Source: Verrucomicrobiota bacterium (lineage in GTDB: Bacteria > Verrucomicrobiota > Verrucomicrobiia > Limisphaerales > J093). Taken from it: 64,000 nt of DNA. Positions 1 to 8,614 of this stretch are shown piece after piece; position 1 is the first letter of the stretch, and every line of letters starts with the position of its first letter. The stretch is taken from contig JAAYVR010000015.1 of NCBI GenBank assembly GCA_012517065.1, forward strand, positions 11,978-75,977, read 5' to 3'. The notes below the pieces were generated by a model. The model was not told the DNA's origin, did not search any database, and saw nothing but the letters and a program-made list of their open reading frames with translations. Position numbers and translations under genes: made by a program.

Positions 1-821
1 GGCGCTTCCTTGAGCGGCCTGCCGTCTTCGTCAAGAAACCTGCCGCCCGTCCACGAGACCGGGCGGAAATGTCCTTTACCATCGTTGATGTAAAGGAAAT
101 GCGGTTCACCATGTTCGAGCACGCGGCCGTCTGGGGTGAGTTCGAGGCGGCCACGTTCTTCCGGCGGTATCATGCGGCGCCCACCAACATTCAGCAGGGC
201 GAACCCAGTTGTGCGGACGGTATTGGTTCTGTAATTGGTGACGTACAGATCGAGGTCGCCGTCGCCATCGATATCTGCCACGGTACTCGTCATGGCTCCT
301 CCGAACCATGCGAGGCCGGCATCATCAGCTTTGGTGAAATGGCCGTGGCCGTCATTGAGAAAGAGTCTTGTCCCGGTGCCTATTCCGTTGATCAGCAGAT
401 CGAGGTCGCCGTCCCCATCGACGTCTGCAAACGTTGCGCCGGTCGAATAGTTGCCCGGGAAAAGGAGGCCGGCGGCTTCGGTGACATTGGTGAACCGCCA
501 CCCGCCGAGATTGCGATACAATGCGAGTGGCTGTTCGCAGGCGCACACGAACAAGTCGCACAAGCCGTCACCATCAACATCGCCGAGCGCGACACCCGAG
601 CCATTGAGTCGAATCTGGTTTTCAGCCGCGTGATCGGGCGAGAGAGTGTTCGTGAACCAAACGCCGGTGGTTTGCGGAGGCATCAATGTGAAGCCCGCTT
701 TGCTGGTCGGTGCGACATTCAGTGTTTGAACGCGGTAACCGGGCGCGGCCTGCGAGGAGACAATGGAGCCGAGGAAGAAAGCCAGCGTGACAAGCCCGAG
801 AAACGCGGTGTCCATTGTCAT
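1..821 (-). CDS. FG-GAP/VCBS-repeat (CRTAC1/ASPIC-UnbV-like) secreted protein, runs off the left window edge
   Basis: Manual minus-strand translation from ATG 821: MTMDTAFLGLVTLAFFLGSIVSSQAAPGYRVQ...GFTLMPPQTTGVWFTN...NGSGVALGDVDGDGLCDL; signal peptide; clear paralogue of 2460..6368. Missing from the ORF track because its stop lies outside the window. Confidence 0.85.
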   Translation of the reverse strand, partial: MTMDTAFLGLVTLAFFLGSIVSSQAAPGYRVQTLNVAPTSKAGFTLMPPQTTGVWFTNTLSPDHAAENQIRLNGSGVALGDVDGDGLCDLFVCACEQPLALYRNLGGWRFTNVTEAAGLLFPGNYSTGATFADVDGDGDLDLLINGIGTGTRLFLNDGHGHFTKADDAGLAWFGGAMTSTVADIDGDGDLDLYVTNYRTNTVRTTGFALLNVGGRRMIPPEERGRLELTPDGRVLEHGEPHFLYINDGKGHFRPVSWTGGRFLDEDGRPLKEA

Positions 822-867
822 ACGGAACAAACGAGATTTTGGCTTTACACAGTCCAAATGCACGCAA

Positions 868-2463
868 TCACCTCGTCTGGTCCTGAGCTGCAGCACGCAG
901 ATTATTTCTAAGGATGAGCAAGGAAGGCCCTTCCTTTTTCCATCGCTCCTGTAGTTCGGCTGTGGTTCTGAACGGCGTCATGTACGCGGCGCCGAGGACA
1001 ATATCAATGTCGCCGTCGCCGTCCAGATCGCCGATGCCCATTGTCAACCAACGCCCGCGCTCGCAATCGGTGAATGTATGAGCGTCAAACACCATGTTCC
1101 CGCGGTTTTCAAGGTAAACGAAGCTTTCTTCCGGGGAGCGGTCGTAATCGGGAAAAAAAGAAATCGCCGCGATGTCCAGATCACCGTCTTGATCAAAGTC
1201 AGCGGCTTTGACGTCATAAGCGCCGTTGAGCGGGTAGAAGAACGCCTCGGTAAAATTCCATTTTCCGTCGTTCAGATAAATGCGAATGCCGTGATAACGT
1301 TTCGGTGGGCAATCGAAATCGCCCATGTCGCCGTTCGCCGTCAGAATATCGAGGTGCCCGTCGCGATTGAAATCGGTCAGTTGCATTCCGACGTTTCCCC
1401 ATGTGGGCGAGTGCTTGATTGGCCGAAGCTCGGTGAAGTCTCCGTTTCCCTCGTTTCTGTAGATATAGACTCCCTCTTTGGCCTGGGCGACCAATGCAAC
1501 GATGTCAAGTCTGCCGTCCTTGTTATAGTCAACCAGGCCGCACCGAGTGGGCCCGGGCTTGTCCAACAAAACATGTTCCTCGTAACCTGAGCTGCCCGTG
1601 ATTTCGTACCATGCCAGCTTTCCGGAAACGCCTGTCAGGTTGCCGTAGCTGCACACCACAATGTCCGGCGCGCCGTTGCCCGTGAGGTCGCCGACAGCGC
1701 ATTCGATCGGGCGCACCAAACCTGTTATGATATCACGGACCTGGACGAATTGAACGCCTCTGCGGGTGAACAGTGTTATTTTGCCCAAAGGCCGGTCATC
1801 GGGCACGACCATCCCGATCTGAGTCCCAAGCCAACTGCCGTCTGGCAACTGGATCAAGTCCGTCAGAGTGCTGTCCACCTTTGTACTGGCCATGCCCTTG
1901 CCGTTCTTGTTCAGGACGTCCAGGCTGCGCGTAAGAGCATTACCGACGTAAATCTGCTGTGTCTCAGGGTCTATTTTGACCATCGTTGCGTAACAGATTT
2001 GCCGTCGGTATTGCGGGTCTTCGATGGTAAACAGCTTCAAGTCGCGGCGAATTGGCGCACGCGGCCCTTGCGGAATCGCCTCCGCAGGCGCTGTCTGAAA
2101 GTAATACTCCCAAACCAATCGCCACTGTGAAAGCGCCTCGCGTTCTTCTTCAGACCTTGACGGGTCCAACTCCGACATCCGCGCGTTTCTGTGCATCAGC
2201 GGGAAAACGTTCTTTCGCCATGTTGCTGAGTTGTGTTCGTCCGGTTTCGGCTGAACATGGCAAACAGAACAGTATCGCGCTGAAAGCTCACGCCCGCGTT
2301 CGATGTCGGTTTGCTTCCCGCTCTTGGCGGATTCTTCACCGGCACAAACCGGCCGAACCACAAACAGCAACGGCAAGCCCGTCGCAAGAATAGCCACAGC
2401 AAAGCGAATTGCATTCACTGCAAGAGTGCGGCCGTCCGTCCCAATCAAAACAGCCTTGTTCAT
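868..2463 (-). CDS. FG-GAP/VCBS-repeat protein with N-terminal c-type heme motif
   Basis: Signal peptide; YCSVCH (CxxCH) at 2257-2271; several DxDxDGxxD loops (DYNKDGRLDI, DFNRDGHLDI, DFDQDGDLDI, DLDGDGDIDI). Confidence 0.85.
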   Translation of the reverse strand: MNKAVLIGTDGRTLAVNAIRFAVAILATGLPLLFVVRPVCAGEESAKSGKQTDIERGRELSARYCSVCHVQPKPDEHNSATWRKNVFPLMHRNARMSELDPSRSEEEREALSQWRLVWEYYFQTAPAEAIPQGPRAPIRRDLKLFTIEDPQYRRQICYATMVKIDPETQQIYVGNALTRSLDVLNKNGKGMASTKVDSTLTDLIQLPDGSWLGTQIGMVVPDDRPLGKITLFTRRGVQFVQVRDIITGLVRPIECAVGDLTGNGAPDIVVCSYGNLTGVSGKLAWYEITGSSGYEEHVLLDKPGPTRCGLVDYNKDGRLDIVALVAQAKEGVYIYRNEGNGDFTELRPIKHSPTWGNVGMQLTDFNRDGHLDILTANGDMGDFDCPPKRYHGIRIYLNDGKWNFTEAFFYPLNGAYDVKAADFDQDGDLDIAAISFFPDYDRSPEESFVYLENRGNMVFDAHTFTDCERGRWLTMGIGDLDGDGDIDIVLGAAYMTPFRTTAELQERWKKEGPSLLILRNNLRAAAQDQTR

Positions 2464-5400
2464 CGTCTCAGTGTTTCAACCGTGCCATCTTTTAGCACTC
2501 TGATTTCACGCGCGCCAAGCGGAACGGCACTTTCCGTTAAGCCGTCGCCCGGCCACCGGACTTGAACGCTCGCGGGCGTTGACGGACAACCCATCACCAA
2601 CACCGGGCTGTCCTGCGACCAATAGCCGCTGCCGCCGTGCAACTCCCGAGCCGGGCCCCATCTGCCGCCAAACCGCAGCCTCACAACAGCCCCGATCCCG
2701 CACGGATTCCCTTGGTCAAGCTCTACTCGCACTCGCAAACCGGGTTTCGCCGACGCATTCTGAAAAAGCTTCGTCTGGCCGTTGTTCTGGCTCACAGCGA
2801 GATCGACCCGTCCATCCCCATCAAAATCGCACAACGCAGCGCCGCGCTGTTCGCCGTACACAATCACGCCGCAGTCATGACCCGGAACCGGCTCCAAGTT
2901 GCCGCCGCCATCGCCACGCAGCCAAAGTCCGCGCCCCGAGTCGTACCGCGAGGTGTCGAGATCAACCCCGAAAAAGTTCTGACTCAGAAATACATCCTCG
3001 TTGCCGTCTGCGTCAGCATCGCCGATGCAAATTCCGAACGCCGGGGCAAATTGCGCTTCCCGCGGAAGCAGGCGCACTTCGAAATGGTCGCCTCTGTTCA
3101 GAAGAACCGTTGATTCCAGCCACAGCGCTTCGTGCACTCTTGCGCTGACGCGCCATTCTCCCAGCACATGGTCGATCCCCGAAGTTGACCATGCGTGATG
3201 GGTCGGGAAACGTTCTCCCATTTGCGGCAGAGCCCGCATCACCGCATCCAACATCCGCTCAGGACAAAACTGTTTGAGCTCGGGAACAAAATGGGTTTCA
3301 AACAGCTCGACGGCGCCGTCCTTGTCAAAATCTCCGAAGTACACCCGGAGCGATGCGCCTCGCCAGCGCTCGTATCGGGTGTTTTGGCCCCAATTCGAGG
3401 CGAGCAGATCGAGCCGCCCGTCATTGTCAAAGTCGCCCGCGCACACGCCGGTCCACCAGCCGGTCAATTGATCAAGGTTCGTCAGCGTGACCCCGCAGAG
3501 CACAGCTTTGCCGTCGGCAAACTTGAGTTGCGGGTTTTGCATGCCGGCCTGAGATGCGATTGCCACCCGCGCATTCCATCTGGTCAGTTTCCCCTTGTCA
3601 TTTCTCAGAATGACCAACGGCCCCCACTCACAGGCCAAAACCAACTCAGGCCAGCCATCTCCGGTCAGATCAGTCCAGATCGCTCCGCTAACCAATGCGT
3701 CTGGCAACTCCTGCGCGTTCACGTCGTCGAGTGCAAATCCTTCCTCTGTGCCCTTGAGGATAACCGACCGAACCGGCATGGGATACTTACCACCAATCAC
3801 ACGAGCGCCAATGAATAGGTCCAGCTTCCCATCACAGTTGTAATCGGCAACAGCCAACGGCCCGTAAGCCGGTTCACCCAAGCCCAGAACAGGCACCATC
3901 CCACTCGCGCCCAGCCGCACCACGCCGGGTCCATTGGTGGAACAATCTTCGTAGTTCGAGAATGCCATCAACAATTCGCCATGCCGCAGTCCGGCCATCC
4001 CAGCGGTGTCCCTGTCAACCGGTGCCGTCAACACCGAACTTGTCACGCGTTCGACTTTGAGCGCAGGTGAAATCCGATAAACGCACACCTGCCCGCCCCG
4101 GCCGCTTCCGATGACCAACTCGTCGCGGCCGTCTTTGTCGATGTCCCACCATGCAACTCCAGGTCCGAGCTGGCCGAGCTTGCGCGACATCAGAGGCTGG
4201 CGCTCAAAATCGTCATACGCCGCATCATGATGTACGTGGCCGAGTTTGTCGCTCACATCCACAAAGTGAATGCGCGCGACGCCTGCCAAATCCGGGGCAG
4301 CGGACTTGTCTGGGGCCTTTCCTCGGGTTCTAACGGAAGCCATTTCTGAATGCGAAGATTCAGGGCGCGGCTCGACGACCTCCACGAGGTGGTTCGGCGG
4401 GACGTTTGAAATGACGGTCAAAACTCCGCTCGGCCATTCGACCTGCACTTTCAGGGACTCTGCGGTCCCGGCAGCAAAAGTGCGCTGGGCATGGTCGGAT
4501 GAACAATACCGGCCGCCGCAAACGATCACCTGGCTTTGGGTCACTGGTCCGCCCAACACGGTAATGCGCGCGCCAATGCCCGCGGTGTTCGGAGGACGGC
4601 CACGGAGTCTGATACCGATCCGCGGCGCTGCAGAGTCATTCCGGTACAGAGCCGCTGCATTGTTCAAATTGTTGACTGCGAGATCGAGGTCGCCGTCGTT
4701 GTCCAGATCGGCAAGGCAAATGCCCTGCGAAATCGTGGTTTGATCAAACCCCCATTCATGACTGCACTCGGCGAATCTGAGGTTGCCCATGTTGCGGAAT
4801 GCAATGTTGGGCGTGTAAAGGGGCGGGTAAATTGCACGCAGATGCAGTTCTTCCAGCGGGGTGAGCTTGCGCCTCGCTTTTTCGGCCATGATACGGTTCA
4901 TCGAATCGATATCCATGTTGTCTCGGACAAACCCGTTTGGGACCAAGAGGTCCTCGAAACCATCGAGGTCAACATCCAAGAGAACCGGGTTCCACGACCA
5001 CTCGGAACCTTCGATGCCGGCGTATTGGGCAATCTCGGCGTAAGTGCCGTCGCCCCGATTCCACAATAGCGTGTTCCTAGGATACTGCGGCCGCGCCATC
5101 ACGTCGAAGACCGGGGCAAGTTCAGCTCTGAGGATATTGCATTGGGTGAGGCGCCGCTGATGCCCAAAAGCAAGCATGTCTAAAACAACAAGATCATCGT
5201 GCCCGTCGCGGTCGAGGTCCGCTGCATCAACCGCCATGGACGCAAGGCTAGTTTGGCGGATTGCAAACCACGGAGCCAATTTGAAATTGCCGCGGCCGTC
5301 GTTCAGCCACAACCGGTCCGGGGTTCCAAAATCATTGCAGACATAAAGGTCCGGCGCGCCGTCACCATTCAGATCGCGAAACAGCACTGACAATCCCCAG

Positions 5401-6368
5401 TCGTGCGGAGCCGCGGTCAGCGCCCGCCCGTCCTCGTCCATGAAACGCCCGCTCGTGAACGGCACACCCGTGAACCCGCCACGACCGTCGTTGAGGAAAA
5501 ATGCGTCTGGTTCGCCCAATTCTTCATGCCCGAACTTGCCCCGCCCGCCGGGGGCGACCTCGAACTTGAATCGGAATCGGTTTGTCCATTCGGGGTCTGT
5601 CAGTGGCCGGCCGTTGATGCTGGTGACGAGCCACTGATCGTTGACCCGCTTGATCCCCCATCGCGCGCCCGGCATGTCAGTGAGGGTTGATACACGGTAG
5701 TTGGCAATGTACATGTCAAGGTCGCCATCACCGTCTGCGTCGGCCAAACCTAAAGAGGTGCCGGCAAACCCGTTGTTCAGCAATCCAGCCATGGTGAATC
5801 GCCCGTGCCCGTCATTGGCGAAAACCCTGGTGCCTCCGCCAATCGAATTCACAACGAGGTCCAAATCGCCATCACCGTCAATATCAGCGAAAGCCGCGCC
5901 AGTACAATCCAACCCTGCGACACTCACCCCCGCTTGTTCAGTCACGTTGGTAAAGCGCCACCCGCCAAGGTTCTTGTAAAGCTGATTGTCCGAGTCTTTC
6001 AAACCGCAGAAATACAAATCGCACAGGCCATCGCCGTCGATGTCACCCGCCGCGACGCCGGCGCCATTTGGCAGGATCTGGTTTGTGAGATGCCGTTGCT
6101 CGGGCAGCAAATTTGTGAAGCAAACACCTGTCAGAGCCGGTGGAAGCAAAGTAAAACCGCCCTTGGGTGTTCCCTGCGGATTCAGTCGCGCGATCCTGTG
6201 CTGGCCAAGCTCGACCCAGTTCAGGTGACTTGTTTGGCCAACAGCCAGGTTTGGCGCCGCCCACAGAAGCAGCAAAAGCAACGCCGCCCTCCGAACCCAG
6301 TCATTTTTCTCGATGGAGGGTTTGGGCGCCAGGTTCCACGGCAAATTGAATTGGCCGATCCGGGCCAC
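2460..6368 (-). CDS. CRTAC1-family FG-GAP repeat protein with two ASPIC/UnbV-like domains
   Basis: 1302 aa; many DxDGDGxxDL repeats; two GIGAxI/V...GGxYxS...xWPxG segments typical of ASPIC/UnbV; 4-bp overlap with the next gene; exact start uncertain. Confidence 0.88.
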   Translation of the reverse strand: MARIGQFNLPWNLAPKPSIEKNDWVRRAALLLLLLWAAPNLAVGQTSHLNWVELGQHRIARLNPQGTPKGGFTLLPPALTGVCFTNLLPEQRHLTNQILPNGAGVAAGDIDGDGLCDLYFCGLKDSDNQLYKNLGGWRFTNVTEQAGVSVAGLDCTGAAFADIDGDGDLDLVVNSIGGGTRVFANDGHGRFTMAGLLNNGFAGTSLGLADADGDGDLDMYIANYRVSTLTDMPGARWGIKRVNDQWLVTSINGRPLTDPEWTNRFRFKFEVAPGGRGKFGHEELGEPDAFFLNDGRGGFTGVPFTSGRFMDEDGRALTAAPHDWGLSVLFRDLNGDGAPDLYVCNDFGTPDRLWLNDGRGNFKLAPWFAIRQTSLASMAVDAADLDRDGHDDLVVLDMLAFGHQRRLTQCNILRAELAPVFDVMARPQYPRNTLLWNRGDGTYAEIAQYAGIEGSEWSWNPVLLDVDLDGFEDLLVPNGFVRDNMDIDSMNRIMAEKARRKLTPLEELHLRAIYPPLYTPNIAFRNMGNLRFAECSHEWGFDQTTISQGICLADLDNDGDLDLAVNNLNNAAALYRNDSAAPRIGIRLRGRPPNTAGIGARITVLGGPVTQSQVIVCGGRYCSSDHAQRTFAAGTAESLKVQVEWPSGVLTVISNVPPNHLVEVVEPRPESSHSEMASVRTRGKAPDKSAAPDLAGVARIHFVDVSDKLGHVHHDAAYDDFERQPLMSRKLGQLGPGVAWWDIDKDGRDELVIGSGRGGQVCVYRISPALKVERVTSSVLTAPVDRDTAGMAGLRHGELLMAFSNYEDCSTNGPGVVRLGASGMVPVLGLGEPAYGPLAVADYNCDGKLDLFIGARVIGGKYPMPVRSVILKGTEEGFALDDVNAQELPDALVSGAIWTDLTGDGWPELVLACEWGPLVILRNDKGKLTRWNARVAIASQAGMQNPQLKFADGKAVLCGVTLTNLDQLTGWWTGVCAGDFDNDGRLDLLASNWGQNTRYERWRGASLRVYFGDFDKDGAVELFETHFVPELKQFCPERMLDAVMRALPQMGERFPTHHAWSTSGIDHVLGEWRVSARVHEALWLESTVLLNRGDHFEVRLLPREAQFAPAFGICIGDADADGNEDVFLSQNFFGVDLDTSRYDSGRGLWLRGDGGGNLEPVPGHDCGVIVYGEQRGAALCDFDGDGRVDLAVSQNNGQTKLFQNASAKPGLRVRVELDQGNPCGIGAVVRLRFGGRWGPARELHGGSGYWSQDSPVLVMGCPSTPASVQVRWPGDGLTESAVPLGAREIRVLKDGTVETLRR

Positions 6369-6419
6369 TGCAGAACTGATTCTGCGCTCAAATCCTCAAC
6401 GAGTCAATGCCGCCCCGGC

Positions 6420-6454
6420 AAAGTTCAAACCACAATGTTCACCCTTCAACTTTC
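6420..6454 (-). repeat. Degenerate 5-unit heptamer tandem array
   Basis: Minus strand reads GAAAGTT GAAGGGT GAACATT GTGGTTT GAACTTT; same 7-nt period as arrays at 14931-15034 and 33300-33334. Confidence 0.5.
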
Positions 6455-6670
6455 AACGCGGGAAATGAAGAGGCATATGGACTGAGAATGCAGCGGGCGA
6501 GGCCATTCGCATTGCAAAAGCGCAGTCCAGACAGTTTGTCTTCGATCCACCAATCGGTTGTTTTGGCTTGCAGAATTTGTGAAAACTGATGGAATACCGG
6601 AGGATCAATGTGGCACTCACGCACTGACCGTCCATCGGGATGCACGCGGGATCAAGCTCTTGTTTTGCAA

Positions 6671-7915
6671 ATGCAGACCTCTAGCACAGTACGCGGCGTG
6701 TCGGCAACGGCATCGGCCTTGCTCGGCTTTAGCCTTGTTTGCCATGGCTTCGAAGCCAAGGACATCATGGCATACCGGGCCGGGCCTGTCCTTTTGCGAC
6801 CCCACCTCACAGTGGCGGAACAGTACAATGACAACTTGTTTTATCAGTCAGGGGGTCCTCAGACTGACGATTTCATCACAATGGTGACTCCTGCATTGGA
6901 TATCCAGGTCGGCCGCAGCGGCACAGCTTTCGATCTGGGAGTTGGCTATTCATTTACGCAGCTTTTCTACACTCAAAACCCATACGTTAGCGACGCTTCC
7001 GAACACCGCGGCACCATCGCAGCAACACTCAGCGGCGAAAGGCTCCGGTTCAGCCTCACTGGCTCGGCTTCTTATGCGAACACCATCTACGGCGGATATG
7101 AGAGTTTTGAGTTTGGGGGTTTGACATTCCTGGTGCGTGCACCCAACGTCGAGCGGTTCAACTACGCGTTCAGTCCCGGTTTGGACTACAGCCTGAGCCC
7201 GAAAACCTCGCTGCACGGAGGATTAAGCCTCAGCGGACTCGATTTTCTCGAGAACAGCCGGTTCTACGATGTCAATTCATGGAGAGCAACGGGCGGTGGT
7301 AGTTACAAAATACGCCCTAAGATCAGCGCCGTCACCGAATTTTTCTACGGCCAGTCCGCGACGGAGCCGAACAAGCCACTCCTCGGTCCAAAGCTGGCCA
7401 AACTCCCGCACCTTGAAACATTGGGCGCGTTGGTCGGCGCCAGGGGTGAAATCACGCCCAACATAAGCGGCTCTCTCAAGGTTGGATATCAGCAGAATTA
7501 CTGCGGCGAGAACGAGTTTGGAGACCCGGCTTATCAGGGTGACTTGTCGTGGAAGATATCTGAGAAGTCCCAACTTGGGCTCAATTACGCGAGAGCGAGT
7601 TCCGCCTCGGCCCAATCCGGAGCCGCGTACACAAGTGACAACGTCGGGCTTCAGTTTCAGCAGGTAATTGGCACAAGACGACCGTGGTTTGTCTCTTTAG
7701 GCGCGACTTACAGCCACAACCAGTATGAGGGCGATGGTACCAGTAGAAATCGCGGCGCCGATTATTACAGCGTGAACATGGGCGTCTCCTACCAGGTCAA
7801 ACTATGGCTGAAGACCGGACTCGCGTACCAGTACACCCAAACGGTTAGCGACTCAGAATCATTTGTTGACTACGAGATCAATCAGGTTACTGTAAGCGTG
7901 TCTATAGGGTATTGA
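6671..7915 (+). CDS. Outer-membrane beta-barrel protein associated with polysaccharide export (BBP2-like)
   Basis: Signal peptide from ATG 6671; YNDNLF...DDFITMVTP N-terminal motif; amphipathic strands; terminal aromatic residue (VSIGY); directly upstream of wza/wzc. Confidence 0.8.
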   Translation: MQTSSTVRGVSATASALLGFSLVCHGFEAKDIMAYRAGPVLLRPHLTVAEQYNDNLFYQSGGPQTDDFITMVTPALDIQVGRSGTAFDLGVGYSFTQLFYTQNPYVSDASEHRGTIAATLSGERLRFSLTGSASYANTIYGGYESFEFGGLTFLVRAPNVERFNYAFSPGLDYSLSPKTSLHGGLSLSGLDFLENSRFYDVNSWRATGGGSYKIRPKISAVTEFFYGQSATEPNKPLLGPKLAKLPHLETLGALVGARGEITPNISGSLKVGYQQNYCGENEFGDPAYQGDLSWKISEKSQLGLNYARASSASAQSGAAYTSDNVGLQFQQVIGTRRPWFVSLGATYSHNQYEGDGTSRNRGADYYSVNMGVSYQVKLWLKTGLAYQYTQTVSDSESFVDYEINQVTVSVSIGY

Positions 7916-8577
7916 GCATGAAACTGTTTGTCTGGTCAGCGCCGTGGCTCGCAGCCATCGGCATTTGGTGTTTGTTATCCCAGCCCTCCTTGGCCGCCGA
8001 GGACAAGTCGGATGTTTCCAAAGGTGCTTCCAGCGAGGTTGCCAAGGGAGATTCATCCGGTGTGGCAACTCTCCAACCACGCCGTGAAGCAGAACGGAAA
8101 ATATCTCCGACCGATACTCTGTACATTACAATAGTCGGAGAAACCGGCTTGCAGACCGATTTCAAGGTTTCGGCAAGCGGCACCATACAGTTCCCGTTCA
8201 TCGAAGTCGTCGAGGTCGCAGGACTGACTCCTTCCGAACTCTCACTCAAACTGCGCGAGTTGTTGATGAAGGATTACTTTGTGGACCCCCAGGTTCTGGT
8301 CACAGTGAAAGATTACCGGGCCGATTTCGTCACCGTTATCGGCCAGGTCCAACGCCCGGGTCCAATCATGCTCACCGGCGAACGCAAGTATGACATCGTG
8401 GATTGCATCGCACTGGCCGGCGGAACAACCCGCCTCGCAAGCAATACAATCGAGTACACCCACCGAGGCGAAACTCGAAAGCTCTCGTATGACAAAATCA
8501 AGAACGAGAAAGACCCGGCAAAACGGATTTACGTCGAGGCCGGCGATATCATCGAGGTCAAAGAAACATGGATGTAA
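7912..8577 (+). CDS. wza: Polysaccharide export protein (Wza/OPX family, Poly_export + SLBB)
   Basis: ISPTDTLYITIVGE...GTIQFPFIEVVEVAGLTPSEL...DPQVLV...VIGQVQRPG...ALAGG signature; start may be ATG 7918. Confidence 0.85.
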   Translation: MSMKLFVWSAPWLAAIGIWCLLSQPSLAAEDKSDVSKGASSEVAKGDSSGVATLQPRREAERKISPTDTLYITIVGETGLQTDFKVSASGTIQFPFIEVVEVAGLTPSELSLKLRELLMKDYFVDPQVLVTVKDYRADFVTVIGQVQRPGPIMLTGERKYDIVDCIALAGGTTRLASNTIEYTHRGETRKLSYDKIKNEKDPAKRIYVEAGDIIEVKETWM

Positions 8578-8614
8578 CCCAGTAACTTTGCCAATAACTT
8601 TGATTTTTTGAGCC

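Noticed and set aside
69-911. 280-aa plus-strand ORF
   Set aside because: Antisense shadow of the FG-GAP gene on the minus strand (start 821).
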